Notes: generated by a model from the letters alone, not told the origin. DNA of 64,000 nucleotides from Mustelus asterias (GCF_964213995.1 NC_135830.1:9858001-9922000); one strand, 5' to 3'; positions 12,641 to 25,497 are shown, counted from the first letter of the stretch. Numbers and translations are program-made.

Positions 12641-13599
12641 CTGCATCCAAGACCTTTCAGGATGTGAAAGGTTTCAATTAAGTTGCCTCTTACTCTTTTA
12701 AACTCGAGCAGAAGCTAAACTCGAGCAGAGACTGTCTCACTGCTCCTCATCAGACAATCCACCTATTCCAGGTATTAGTCTACTAAACCTACTATGAACT
12801 TCTTCTAATGCACTTATATTTTTCCTTAAATAAGGAAATCGATAATGTAGACATTGCTCCAGATACAGACTCACCGTGTGCAACTGAAACATAACTTGCC
12901 TGCTTTTACTCCATTCCCCTCATAACAAATAATAGCTTTCTGAACTACTTGTACCTGTATTTTCTATCGTGATGGATTTTGAACACTTTTTTTTTACAGT
13001 GGGTTAGAAATTGAGGATTTACACACAACAAGCTCAAACCAAGAGAAAATGTTGTCTCTTCTGATATAGGCTTTCTGAATGGGATAAGTAGGTAGATGTG
13101 AATGGAATGTTTCCACTTGTTGGTTTTTCCTTTACTGGGAACCATGAACAGACAACAAATAAATCAAACAGGAAAATAGGAGATGTTTCTTTCTTCAGAC
13201 AGTTGTTAGAATTTGGAACTCACTGCGACTGGAAGTGGTTGACACAAATACTTTAGATGCTTTCAAAAGGAAAATATATGAGCCTATGAGAGAAAAGGGA
13301 TTGGAAAAATAAACTGAAAAGCTGAGATGTGGTGATCAGAATGAGAGGAGACTCATGTGGAGTATAAACTCCAGTACAGACTCGATAAACCGAATGGCCT
13401 GTTTGTGTATTCTCCTTCCATGTTCAAAGACAATAACAATCAGCTCCTAATGATCCGAGTGACTGTCAGATCTCAACGTGATGTTTGGTTTGTGTTTTCT
13501 TGCTGTAAATCCTCCTTTCCAATATCCTGTAACGGGAGTTTACAAAAGTCATCACTGTCAGTCCAGGATAGATATATTCATAGAATTCCACAGCTCGGA

Positions 13600-13915
13600 A
13601 GGAGGCTATTTGGCCCATCAAGTCAACTCTCCGACAGAGCATCCCACCAAGGCCCCAACAACATAACCCAACTTATTTACCCCACTAATCTCCCTCACGT
13701 ACACATCCTGGGGGAAAAATTGATAATTTAGCATGGCCAATCCACCTAACCTGAATATCTTTGGACTGTGGGAGAAAACCGGAGCACCCGGAGGAAACCC
13801 ACGCAGACAAGTGGAGAATGTGCAAACTCCACACAGACAGGTAACCAAGGCCGGAATCGAACCCAGGTCCCTGGCGCTGTGAGGCAGGAGGACTAACCAC
13901 TGTGCCACCGTGCTA
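13600..13915 (-). mobile_element. HE1/V-SINE-like SINE
   Basis: Reverse complement of the tRNA head (..ccactgtgccaccgtgc) and V core. Confidence 0.85.
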
Positions 13916-14130
13916 GCCACGTAATTCTTTGTAAACTTATTTTGCAGGAAATAGAAGAGGAGGATTTGCAGTCTGGACAAACAAATCTCACGTCAGACAG
14001 AGTCAATCGGTTCATTGGGATTTGAAGATTTGTACATCTGAAGGGATTTAATTGACCATCTCAGTTGGAAACTGGTGAGAATCTGTTTCCTTGCTCCTCC
14101 TGTGGGGAGGGATTGATACAGCTGGAAAAC

Positions 14131-15336
14131 ATGCTGACACGACAGCGAACTCGCAATAGTGAGAGTTCATTCACCTGCTCCGTGTGTGGGAAGAAATTCA
14201 TGTGTTCGTCCAACCTGCTGGCTCACCAACTCAATCACATTATTCAGAAGCCTCTTCAAAGCTCTGACTCTGGGGAAAGCATTGAAACCTCTGAGGGACA
14301 GGCCCAACACCAGCTCCTTCACACTGACGAGAGACCGTTCAGCTGCTCCCACTGCGGGAAGAGGTTCAGCCAGTCCTCCCGCCTTGCAGAGCACCAGCTC
14401 CTTCACACACACGAGAGACCGTTCAGCTGCTCCCACTGTGGGGAGTCATTCAGCGACTCAGTGCATCTCACTGAGCACCAACAAGTTCACACCAAGGACA
14501 GGCCATTCAGCTGCTCCCAGTGTGGGAAGAGATTCACTCAGTCCTCCCACTGCACCGTTCACCAACAGATTCATTTTCAGAAGAGACATTTTAAATGCTT
14601 TAAATGTGAGAAGACCTTCAAAAGAAGGATTAGTCTGCTGAGACACCAGGGCACTCACACTGGGGAGAGGCCATACGTTTGCCCTGTGTGTGGGAAAACA
14701 TTTACTTGTTTGCAGCATCTGCTGAGTCACCGGCCTATTCACACCGGGGAGAAGGCATTCATCTGCTCCGTGTGTGGGAAGGCTTTCACGGAGTCATCCA
14801 GCCTCTGGAGACACCGCCGCATTCACACAGGGGAGAAGCCGTTCTCCTGCTCCATTTGTGGCAAAAGATTTGCTCAGATTTCCTCCTGCAATCAACACCA
14901 ACACATTCACTCTGATAAGAGACCTTTTCAATGCTCAGAATGCAATAAGACCTTTAAAAGAAGTGATGATCTGCTGAAACACAAACGCATTCACACCGGG
15001 GAGAGGCCGTCCCTGTGCTCTGTGTGTGGAAAGGGATTCGCTCAGTCGTCTGGCCTGCTGAGACACCAACGCATTCACACCGGGGAGAAGCCGTTCACCT
15101 GCTCTGTGTGTGGGAAGGGATTCACTGATTCATCCTATATGCTGAAACACCAGCGAGTTCACACTGCGACAGAACCGTTCACCTGCTCCCTGTGTGGGAA
15201 GGGATTCACTGATCCATCCCGCCTGCAGAGACACCAGCGAGTTCACACTGGGGCAAAACCTTTCAACTGCTCCATGTGTGGGAAGGGATTTAATCAGTAT
15301 TACAGCCTGCTGAAACATAGACGACTTCATGTGTGA
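14131..15336 (+). CDS. C2H2 zinc-finger protein ZNF-3, 13 intact fingers plus degenerate ones; divergent subfamily
   Basis: Open frame 14065-15336 with first ATG at 14131; acceptor ttttgcAG at 13947; lacks the MEKPWKC finger. Start codon uncertain. Confidence 0.88.
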   Translation: MLTRQRTRNSESSFTCSVCGKKFMCSSNLLAHQLNHIIQKPLQSSDSGESIETSEGQAQHQLLHTDERPFSCSHCGKRFSQSSRLAEHQLLHTHERPFSCSHCGESFSDSVHLTEHQQVHTKDRPFSCSQCGKRFTQSSHCTVHQQIHFQKRHFKCFKCEKTFKRRISLLRHQGTHTGERPYVCPVCGKTFTCLQHLLSHRPIHTGEKAFICSVCGKAFTESSSLWRHRRIHTGEKPFSCSICGKRFAQISSCNQHQHIHSDKRPFQCSECNKTFKRSDDLLKHKRIHTGERPSLCSVCGKGFAQSSGLLRHQRIHTGEKPFTCSVCGKGFTDSSYMLKHQRVHTATEPFTCSLCGKGFTDPSRLQRHQRVHTGAKPFNCSMCGKGFNQYYSLLKHRRLHV

Positions 15337-15399
15337 CCGGCAACGTTGGATTCTGTTGTTTCTGCGCCCTGAGATAAACAATAACAATTGGATGAATAG

Positions 15400-15745
15400 G
15401 GGAGGCAGCGGCACAGTGGAATTATCGCTGGACTCAGGGTAAGGCTCTGGGGACCCAGGTTCGAATCCCACCACAGTCGATGGTGAAATTTGTATTCAAT
15501 TAAAATCTTCAATTAAAAGTCTAATGACAAACCTCAACCTTTAATCAATTGTCGTAAAAACCCATTTGATTCAGTAACGCCCTTTAGAAAAGGAAACCTG
15601 CCGTCCTTACTTGGTCAGGCCTACATGTGACTCCAGACCAGCAATGTGGTTGACTCTCAAATGCCCTCTGAAATGGAGGGCAGTTAGGGATGGGAAAGAA
15701 ATGCTGGCCCAGCCAGTGACGCCTACATTCCGTAAAAATGAACTG
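15400..15745 (+). mobile_element. SacSINE1/DeuSINE-like SINE
   Basis: B-box ggttcgaatccc; body shared with 23175-23510 and 60185-61125. Confidence 0.7.
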
Positions 15746-17278
15746 AAAAAAGTTCCTCAGTATCTCAGTAACCTCCTCCAGCCCCACAACACTCTGTGTA
15801 AATACAAGTTGTTGATGATTATGCCCTGAGATTGATAACGTGAACCCGATTCCCCTCGTCCGCCAACTTGGCAACTTCTTCACAAAAAGTAAAGCACATG
15901 GGATTGGGGCTGTTGTACTGAGATGGGTAGAAAACTGATTGGCAGACAGGAAACAAAGAGTAGGATTAAACGGATCTTTTTCCAACTGGCAGGCAGTGAC
16001 TATTTGGGTAACGCAGGATCAGTGCTGGGGCCTCGGTTACTCACCTGCCATGGGTCTTGTTTTTTTCCCCCTGTTTATTACGCATCATTTTTAAATTGTT
16101 GCTTCCTAAGAATCTAATTTAAAACCATGGATAAGCTCAAACCACTTTAGGAAAATCTGTGACTCTCTGATCAAGAATCTTACTGACTACTGCACACCAT
16201 TCTAGTCACCGTATTATTAAAAAATATCCAGGCACTGGAAAGGGTGCAGAGAAGATTTTAATGATGAGATTTTAATGTAGAAGGCAGCTCACCACCACCT
16301 TCTCAAGGGCAATCAGGGATTAGCCATAAATGCTGGCCAAGCCAGCAATGCCCACATCGCATAAATGATTTTCAAAACGTGTGTGTTTTTTTTATCAGGA
16401 AAGGATTGACAGGCTAGTTCTTCTTTCTTGAGAAATGAAGGCTGAGGGGTAACCTGAGCAGAGGTCTTCAAAATTATAAAAGGTTTAGATACAGAAATAG
16501 TGTTTCCTCTTGTGGGGAAGAGCAAAAAGTAAAGTTTTTATTTATTAGTCACAAGTAGGCTTAGATTAACACTGCAATGAAGTTACTGAGAAACTGGAGA
16601 CAATCAATATAAAACAGTCACTAAGAAATCCAATAGGAAATCCAGGATAAATTTCTCTACAAAGAGTGGCGAGAATATGGAAATCACAACTACAGGGAGT
16701 GAAATGAACAGTATAGAAGTCTTTCAGGGGAATCTCAACAAGTACTTCTGAATGATTTTATAGTTCATTCAGGATTTATTTCAAAAAGACTAAAAACAAT
16801 AAAGTGACAGGAGATAATTTGCAGGGTGTGAGACTCTGTGTGTGAGGGTGTCTGTGAGTGAGTGTGTTGCTTTTCATTGGTGTCACAGAAACCTTCCTCT
16901 TTCTGAGCAGACAATCTGGCCCCTGAAATGATGTGAATTGTACAACTCAGAGATTCTCCATTCAGAATGACCATGTGCTGTGTAAAACCTGACATCTCCA
17001 CAACCAGACGCCACTTCTGGAACAACGTGAAGTGACTACAATTTTTTAGATTGATTTCTTTGCTCTCAATATTTTCTCAGTTCATAAGTTCATAAATTCC
17101 ATCATTATCCTTGAACACACCTATGGTCTCCACTTTAAATACTTCTCTCAGTCTTACCAACATATAGCAATTGGATTGTTGCTATGACAGGAACCAATTC
17201 TGTAAATCTGATTCCCACCAAACACCAACCCATATCCCCATCCGAGTTCCAGATTTTAATGAGATTTCTTAAAACACA

Positions 17279-17585
17279 GGCAGCCTGGCAGCACAGTGGT
17301 TAGCATTGCTGCCTCACAGCGCCAGGAACCCGGGTTCAATTCATGCCTCAGCTGACTGTGTGGAGTCTGCACATTCTCCCTGTGTATGCGTGGGTTTCCT
17401 CCGGGTGCTCTTGTTTCCTCCCACACTCCAAAAATGTGCAGATTAGATTGATTGGCCATGCTAAATTGGCCCTTAGTGTCGGGGATAAGCAGGATAACTA
17501 CATGGGTTACGGGGATAGGGCTGGGGGTGGGATCATTGTTGGTATAGGCTCAATGACCTCCTTCTGCACTGTAGGGATTCTATAC
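17279..17585 (+). mobile_element. HE1/V-SINE-like SINE
   Basis: tRNA head, V core, gattctat tail. Confidence 0.85.
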
Positions 17586-17929
17586 CCTCTGTACTATCAT
17601 TACATTGGATCCAATACTGTGTTCACTAACACACTGCAGCCTGACTTATTATTGGAATAAACACTGTGTTTGTTACACTCAGAGTAAGTAATCTAAAGTA
17701 AATCAAGGCAATCCATGACGAAGGGTCATCCAGACTCGAAACGTTGGCTGGAATCTCTCTCCACAGTTGCTGTCAGACCTGCTGAGGTTTTGCAGCATTT
17801 TCTGTTTTGAAGTCAGTGCTTTGCTGTGTTGTCTCTGTGCTCCATCCCCACTCTGATTGTATTGGAGCCTGTGTGGGTCATTGTTACACTGAGACTCTGT
17901 CACTGTGATTATTGGACAAACAGCAAGTC

Positions 17930-18875
17930 ACCGTCACAATGCCCGGCTGATTGACGGCAGCGCGGACCAATGGGAAGAGAAGGGGCGCGGTTGGAGGTCC
18001 GAGCGGAGAGGCTGGTACATTGGGGAAACTATGCAGACGCTGCGACAACGGATGAATGAACACCGCTCGACAATCACCAGGCAAGACTGTTCTCTTCCTG
18101 TTGGGGAGCACTTCAGCGGTCACGGGCATTCGGCCTCTGATATTCGGGTAAGCGTTCTCCAAGGCGGCCTTCGCGACACACGACAGCGCAGAGTCGCGGA
18201 GCAGAAACTGATAGCCAGGTTCCGCACACACAAGGACGGCCTCAACCGGGATATTGGGTTTATGTCACACTATTTCACATAAATATTTCTGCTTTTTTCC
18301 TCCTGAGTCTTTATCATGCGATCCTAGAATCAGAATTTATGTCACACTATTTGTAACTCCCACAGTTGCGTGGACCTGCAGAGTTTCACTGGCTGTCTTG
18401 TCTGGAGACAATACACATCTTTTTAGCCTGTCTTGATGCTCTCTCCACTCCCATTGTTTTGTTTCTTAAAGACTGGATTAGTTGTAAGTATTCGCATTCC
18501 AACCATTATTCATGTAAATTGAGTCTGTGTCTTATAAGTTCTGTTTGTGAACAGAATTCCCACTCACCTGAAGAAGGGGCTCAGAGCCTCGAAAGCTTGT
18601 GTGGCTTTTGCTACCAAATAAACCTGTTGGACTTTAACCTGGTGTTGTTAAACTTCTTACTGTGTTTACCCCAGTCCAACGCCGGCATCTCCACATCATG
18701 ACCTCCAACCAATCACAGTGAATGAGGGGCGGGGCCCGTTCTGACTGGAGCATGCGCAGTGTGGATAATGGCGACGGAGACGGGCTGTTTTTTCGTCTCG
18801 GAGATAGGTCAGAGGTGATTGACGGTACGGAGGGGGCGAGGGATCTCGAGGGTGGACGGAAACGCTGCGTAAGCA
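17930..18875 (+). promoter_or_regulatory. ZNF-4 promoter core split by a Penelope insertion
   Basis: 17930-18015 and 18700-18775 rejoin into the 9650-9960 module; GTAAGC donor at 18869. Confidence 0.75.
18014..18699 (+). mobile_element. Penelope-like element 3' part (GIY-YIG C-terminus plus terminal repeat with hammerhead motif)
   Basis: WYIGETMQTLRQRMNEH..VAEQKLIARFRTHKDGLN; ctgaagaaggggctcagagcctcgaaagc at 18568. Confidence 0.9.
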
Positions 18876-18964
18876 GGTTGTGTGAGCCGTGAACCTCGGT
18901 AAAGAGCTTCACGGCCCCAGTTTGTACCGAGCGGTACCGCAGCTCCTCATGTTCGGGCCGCGTT

Positions 18965-19076
18965 CACAACACCAGGTTAAAGTCCAACAGGTTTATTTGG
19001 TCGCAGAAGCCACGAGCTTTCGGAGCGCTGCCCCTTCATCAGGTGAGTGGGAGTTCTGTTCACAAACAGGGCATAT
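18965..19076 (-). mobile_element. Penelope terminal fragment with intact hammerhead core
   Basis: Minus strand reads cacctgatgaaggggcagcgctccgaaagctcgtgg. Confidence 0.85.
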
Positions 19077-20430
19077 TGGGGCGGCACGGTAGCACAGTGG
19101 TTAGCACTGCTGCTTCACAGCTCCAGGGTCCCGGGTTCGATTCCCGGCTCGGGTCACTGTCTGTGTGGAGTTTGCACATTCTCCTTCCGACCACCCTGCA
19201 GGAGTTGCCCGTCTTTTACCAGGACCTCCTCACTGTCTGGAACAAGGTCGCCTCGCGACGCAGCTCTCCCCCGTCAGGAATCCGCTCCTCCAGCCGTATG
19301 ACTTCAGGTGGCTGGCGGAGAGGAGGGCTGTGGACGCCGGGGTGACCAGAATCGGGGACGTGCTCGATGGCGGAGGAGCGGGCTGGATGAGTCCCCACGT
19401 GCTGGCTGAGCGCGCGGGGACGTCCGTCTGGCGCGCGGCCAAAGCCATCCTAGACCTTAGGACGGTCGTGCTCGGCCCCGAAACTGCACGCAAACTTGAG
19501 ACGGCGCAGGCGTGCGGTGGGATCCCGCCCGAGCGTTCCCCTGTTCGGGCGGAATTCCACATTGGCCCAAAGCCTCAGCCCCCTCCCCTGGGTGAGGTGC
19601 CCCACAGCCTGAGCCGCCTCGCGGAAATGCCCTCCGTGCCTTTTTCTACCGCGCGGAGGCGTTTCCTGTGCGGGCTGCTGCTGCACATCCTCCACTACTG
19701 CCTCCTCGCCTGTCGCCCGGATACACCTTGGCGGGCCTTGTTGCCGCCGGGCGGCGGAGGTCCCCGCTGGAGGTCCCTCTACGGAGGGATCTCCCCCAAT
19801 TACGTCGGGGACCTGGGGTGGAGGGTGATGCATGCAGCAGTTCCGCACAACCGTAGGGTTCACTGGTTCACGGGCTCCGAAGACTGCCCTTTCTGCGGCC
19901 TTGTGGAGTCCGTGGACCATGTCTTTGTTGTGTGTCTTAGGCTGCACTCCCTTTATGTTTTCCTGAAGAACCTTTTGTTGATGTTTTGTCTGCACTTCAG
20001 TCCCACGCTCCTGATCTACGGACACCCGGTGCGGAGAGGGGAGGGTCGGGATGGCGACCTCCTCGTGAACCTGCTCCTGGGCCTGGCGAAACGCGCCATT
20101 TACCGGTCCAGGCTGCGGGCGATCGAGGGGGCCGTCCATCCTGACTGTCTTCCCCTCTACCGCGGCTACGTTCGCGGCCAGGTGTCCCTGGAGAGGGAGC
20201 ATGCGGTGTCCACGGGCGAGGTTGACGCTTTCCGCGCCCGCTGGGCACCGCAGGGGTTGGGGTGCATTATTGACCCCAATAATCACATTTTAATTTGATG
20301 TTTTTAAGTTTCCTTTGTACTTTGATTTCTGTTCGGGCTGTTCCCCCTCCTTTTTGGGGAGCTGCCCCTTTTACTTTGTCCTGATTTAATCTGAGTTTGT
20401 TTACTTGGTTTGGTTTGACCTAAAAAGAGG
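19077..20430 (+). mobile_element. Chimera of HE1-type SINE head (19077-19184) and Tx1-like LINE ORF2 3' end plus UTR
   Basis: LQELPVFYQDLL, DLGWRVMH and CPFCGLVESVDHVFVVC (L1/Tx1 C-terminal CCHC); agggcatat duplicated at 19068-19076 and 20428-20436. Confidence 0.8.
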
Positions 20431-21551
20431 GCATATATGCAACAAGGCGCATGCGCAGCCGGCATCGTTTTCGGGGGTAATATTGTCATTGACTGGGAGG
20501 AGCTTGTTCCCCAGTGTTCAGAATGGAGACAACTTGTCCATCAAACTGCATCAACCCTCTGAGTCCCAATGTCTTATTGATGAGGCAGAGCGGTGGCAGA
20601 GAAGGAAAGAAAGGGAAAGAGCTTTGACAAAGGGTCATCTGGCCTCAACGTCAGCTCTTTTCTCTCCTCACAGATGCTGCCAGACCGGCTGAGATTTTCC
20701 AGCATTTTCTCTTTTGGAAAGGGAAATAAATTCTGCTTTCCAGATCCCACTATATCATGGGATGTTTTTCCCATTCATCTTCTGTTCCACCATCCTCATA
20801 GGTAGCGAGTTCCAGATCATGTGCTCTCCCTACCCAAGTATAAATCTTCCTCAAATCCCTGCTCTATCACTCTGCAAATAATGTCCTGTATATTACACTT
20901 TTATCCAGTATTATAGATATCTGTCTGGCAGTCTGCATGGAGATTTTCAGCTCCCTGTGTCCAGGACAGGAAGCAGTGAGCATGGATCTGTCAATCAGCC
21001 TCAATCAGCACCTTCAGGAGAATTGGGAGGGTGAATATTAGACACAGCAGAGTGAGAATGGAGAGAGAGTGTGTGGGATGGAGATTTACACCTTTTGGGG
21101 AATGAGAGAGGAAAGAATGTTCCATAGAAACTTGAACTGTCTGTTCTGAATTTCTATCTTGTACTGACATTGATGACTTTTGTAAATTCCTTTTACAGGA
21201 TATTAGAAGGTGAGGATTTACAGACAGAAATCTCAAACCAAACGTCACATCAATATCTGACAGAGTCCTCAATTCGTCGGGATCTGAATATTATCGACCT
21301 TTGAATCCAGAATGGAAATGTTTCTCTGTTCTGTCTGCTTCAGGAGATTTTAAATTTCAGTGTGACTGGAAAAGCACCAAGGCACACACCCGAGTGAGAG
21401 TGTTCCAGTGCACTGAGTGTGGAAAGAGCTTTAACCAGTTACACAGCCTGAAAATACATCGCAGCATTCACAGCGGGGAGAGACTGTACCCGTGTTCTGT
21501 GTGAGATTTAACTGATTGTTTAACCTGGAGAGTCACAAGGACACCCGCACC

Positions 21552-22397
21552 ATGGAGAAACTGTGGAAATGTGGGGAATGTGGGAAAGGATTCAGTTTTC
21601 CATCTCAGCTGGAAATTCATCGACGCAGTCACACTGGGGAGAGACCGTTCACCTGCTCTGTGTGTGGGAAGGGATACACTCAGATAATTGATTTACAGAG
21701 ACACCAGCGAGTTCACACTGGGGAGAGGCCATTTACTTGCTCTGAGTGTGGGAAAGGATTCACTCGGTTATCCAGTCTGCAGAGACACCATCAATTTCAC
21801 ACTGGGGAGAGACCTTTCATCTGCTCTGTGTGTGGGAAGGGATTCACTCAGTTAATTGATTTGCAGAGCCATCAGCGAGTTCACACTGGGGAGAGGCCGT
21901 TCACTTGCTCTGTGTGTGGGAAAGGATTCAGTGTGGCATCAGGCCTGCGGAGACACCAGTTAGTTCACACTGGGGAGAGGCCGTTCACATGCTCTGTGTG
22001 TGGGAAAGGATTCAGTCAGTTGCCCTACTTGTTGAGGCACAATGTCACTCACACCCAAGAGAGACCCTTTAAATGCTCTGACTGTGGGAGGGATTTCAAA
22101 AGCTCTCAGCTAATGATGTCCCACCAGCGAATTCACACTGAGGAGAGACCTTTCAGCTGCTCTCACTGCACAAAGAGATTCAGATCATCATCTGCCCTGC
22201 GGACACACCAGCGAGTTCACACTGGGGAGAGGCCATTCCCCTGCACCGTGTGTGGGAAGGGATTCACTCAGTCATCCCGACTGCAGAAACACCAGCGAGT
22301 TCACACTGGGGAGAGGCCATTCCCCTGCACCGTGTGTGGGAAGGGATTCACTCAGTCATCCCGACTGCAGACACACCAGCGAGTTCACAAGTCATAG
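21552..22397 (+). CDS. C2H2 zinc-finger protein ZNF-4, 10 fingers
   Basis: accATGg [14 protein letters not shown]; acceptor at 21198; stop TAG supplied by the adjacent CR1 tail. Confidence 0.92.
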   Translation: MEKLWKCGECGKGFSFPSQLEIHRRSHTGERPFTCSVCGKGYTQIIDLQRHQRVHTGERPFTCSECGKGFTRLSSLQRHHQFHTGERPFICSVCGKGFTQLIDLQSHQRVHTGERPFTCSVCGKGFSVASGLRRHQLVHTGERPFTCSVCGKGFSQLPYLLRHNVTHTQERPFKCSDCGRDFKSSQLMMSHQRIHTEERPFSCSHCTKRFRSSSALRTHQRVHTGERPFPCTVCGKGFTQSSRLQKHQRVHTGERPFPCTVCGKGFTQSSRLQTHQRVHKS

Positions 22398-22950
22398 AGT
22401 CATACAGTACAGAAGAGGCCTTTCAGCCCATCGAGTCTGCACTGACAAAACTATACTAAATTTACACTCATCCATTTTCCAGCACTTGGCTGATGGTGTT
22501 TGAACTGTCAAAACATTCAAGTGCTCATCCGTGCGCTTTTTAAAGGTTGTGAGGTTTCCTGCCTCCACTCCCCTCCCAGACAGTAAATTCCAGACTCCCA
22601 CCACCCTCTGGGTGAAAACATTTTTCTTCAAATCCCCCAAAACCTCCTGTCCCTCACCTTAAAATGATGCCCCCTCGTTATGGACCCTTCAACTAAGGGG
22701 AACAGCTGCTTCCTATCCACCCTGTCCATACCCCTCACAATCTTATACACCTCAATCATGTCCCCCCTCAGCCTTCTCTGCTCGAAAGAAGACAATCCAA
22801 GCCTATCGAGTCTCTCTTAGAACAATGTGGTTGACAATGTGGTTGTCTCTCCTTATCGCTCAGCTGCTCCATCCCAGGCAACATCCTGGTGAACCTCCTC
22901 TGCACCCCCTCCAGTGCAATCACATCCTTCCTATGGTGAGGCGATCAGAA
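22392..22950 (-). mobile_element. CR1 3' fragment abutting the ZNF-4 stop
   Basis: Minus ORF FTQRVVGVWNLL; gtcatagagtcata tail. Confidence 0.85.
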
Positions 22951-23174
22951 TGAGTACAAACTGGGGTCAAGCAGGGCTGCGTCATCGCACCAACATTCAT
23001 CCCCACCTTCCCCGCAGCAACTCTCCACCCCAGCACCATGAAGCTTCCCACTGCAGTCGAGCTAACTGACTGGACCAGTGGGAAACTTTCAATCTCCGAC
23101 CCCTCCAGGCCAGAACCAAGAACCAGCCCAGCCTCAGTCATCGGGCTGCAGTACGCAGACTCTAAGGGGGGTGG

Positions 23175-23510
23175 AGGGGAGGTGATGGCCCAGTGGGTAT
23201 TATTGCTAGACTATTAATCCAGAAATTCAGCGAATGTTCTGGGGGTCTGGGTTCAAATCCCGCCACAGCAGATGGTGGAATTTGAATTCAATTTTTTAAA
23301 AAGTTAAGAACCTACTGATTATCATGAAACCATTGTCGATTGTCGGAAAAACCCATCTGGTTCACCAGTGCCCTTTAGGGAAGGAAATCTGCTGCCCTTA
23401 CCTGGCCTGGCCTACATGTGACTCCAGAGCCACAGCAATGTGGTTGTCTCTCGAATGCCCTACAAGGGCAACTCGGATGGCAATAAATGTCCCATAAATG
23501 AATGAAGAAA
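23175..23510 (+). mobile_element. SacSINE1-like SINE
   Basis: ggttcaaatccc B-box and shared body. Confidence 0.7.
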
Positions 23511-23518
23511 ATGCCTAT

Positions 23519-23905
23519 TTGATTTGATTTATTATTGACACGTATTAGTACACAGTGAAGAGGATTATTTCTTGCACGCGATACAGAAAAACCATAAAGT
23601 ACATAAGGAAGGAAATGAGAGAGTGCAGAATGTTACAGTCATAGCTGGGGTGCAGAGAAACATCAACTTAATGCGAGGTAGGTCCATTCAAAAGTTTGAT
23701 GGCAGCAGGGAAGAAGCTGTTCTTGACTCGGTTGGTTCGTGTCCTCAGACTTTTGTTTCTTTTTCCCCGATAGAAGAAAGCGGAAGAGAGAATGTCCGGG
23801 GTGTGTGGGGTCCTTAATTATGCTGGCTCCGAAGCAGTGGGAAGTGTCGACAGTGTCAATGGATGGGAGGCTGGTTTGAACGATGGACTGATCTTCGTTC
23901 ACGAC
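23519..23905 (-). mobile_element. Rex1/Babar-like LINE 3' end
   Basis: IIKDPTHPGHSLF..LLSGK; (aatca)n tail; same family at 44805-45030, 50505-50635 and 62779-63281. Confidence 0.75.
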
Positions 23906-24592
23906 CTGAGTGAGTCTGTGCGCACACTCAGAGGTTGATCAAGGGCATTTTTACAGTAACTTCATTGCAGTGTGAATGTAAGCCCACTTGTGACATTAAT
24001 CAAAAAGCTTAAACTCGTCAACATATTCACTGAGACATATGAGAGAATGGGCCTCAGACTAAACATCTGGGAAACAAAGGTTCTTTCCCAGCCCACTCCT
24101 GCTCCCCCTCCCCGACCCATCAAGATCCACAGTGCCCCTGGATAACGTGGATCATTCCCCACACCTCGCGAGCCCCCTGTCGGCACGGGCAGACATCGAC
24201 GATGAAATCCAGCATCGACTCCAATGGGCCAGTGCAGGCTTCGGACGCCTGAGGAACAGAGTTCAAAGCCCGAGACCTCAAATCCAGCACCAAGCTCATG
24301 GTCTACAGAGCAGCCATGGTCCCTGCCCTCCTGTATCCATCAGAAACATGGACAATGCACAGCACACACCTCAAATCCCTGGAGAGATGTCACCAACGTT
24401 GCCTCCACAAAATCCTGCAAATCCACTGGCAGGATAGGCTTACCACCGTGAGTGTCCTCTCCCAGGCCAATATCCCCAGTATCGAGGCACTGGTCACACT
24501 TGACCAGCTGCGATGGGCGGGCCACATTGTACACAAGCCCCACACAAGACTCCTGAAACAAGTGCTGTACTCCGAGCTCCGCAATGGCAAGC

Positions 24593-25497
24593 TGTTGGAG
24601 AAAATTCCTAATAGTTTGGAGAAATGTTAAACCATGAGGCATCTCAGACACTAACAGAACTACCAGCATTGAGTTAAATGACTAAATCAGACTGAGAAGC
24701 TAACAAGGGAACAGTCTACAGACATGTGAACACAGTAAGAGATTTAAACAAGTAATTCTGATTTAAACATGAATTTTCTGATTTTAAAATGTATGTTAGC
24801 TGTATTTTTAAAAGCAATTGTAAACTTTAGCCAAAGGCAGGCTGCTGCAAGGCATGATGGTACAGAACACTGACAGACAGGCTACATTCTTTGGAACAAT
24901 GCAGTCACAGAATGCGCCAACCTTTATTCAGGAAGTTTCTAATAAAGTTTCTAAAGGCAGCTTCATGAATATGATTGATTCACACTGGCCAGACAAGACA
25001 GTGTCTTCTCAGACGTGAGAACGTGCATTTGTCTGGTTTGGCCAGTGATGGAATAAGAGCCGATGGGAACATTAACTTTGACCTTTGGAGCTAAGCTTCT
25101 GGGGTTGCTCAGCAACAAGGGGAAGCAGAGTCAGCAATAGGGGGAGGAAGTGTCCGGATTCTACGGACCAATGAAATCCCATTATGTCAGAGGGTAAAAT
25201 GCAATTGGTTAAAGTATATGACGTGTAATTAATGATTGATTTGTATTGAAAATGATTGGTTTACACCTGATGAAAGGCAGGAGAATTGATATGAAGAATG
25301 TATTATTGATCCATCCTAATGATTGTCTGTCAGAGTTATTAGATCAGGATGCTTCTCTTCCAGAGCAGGATTAACACTGTCCAATAATTTCTCCCTTCAA
25401 TCGTTGGTCAAATAAAAGATAAGTCTTTAAACTGGGATACTGGCTTTCATGAGTCTTTGTATTGTCTGAAGGTTTTGGCAATACCTGGTCTCCAACG
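24593..25497 (+). mobile_element. Probable solo LTR (~900 bp)
   Basis: Terminal inverted repeat TGTTGGAGA...TCTCCAACG, CCAAT ~25168, AATAAA ~25411; no TSD found. Confidence 0.45.

Larger units (their letters stand above)
22955..24592 (+). mobile_element. Fragmented RTE-clade LINE (22955-23160 and ~24005-24592) with nested SINE and Rex1
   Basis: QTGVKQGCVIAPT, LQYAD, DIDDEIQHRL, LLYPSETWT, QLRWAGHI. Confidence 0.8.

Noticed and set aside
17905-18282. 125-aa GIY-YIG-like ORF as a domesticated nuclease
   Set aside because: Chance fusion of promoter sequence to a truncated Penelope that lacks the GIY half and an ATG start.
21357-21520. Conserved in-frame UGA as selenocysteine
   Set aside because: Not at Cys positions, surrounded by copy-specific frameshifts, TAA in one paralog, and no SECIS identified.
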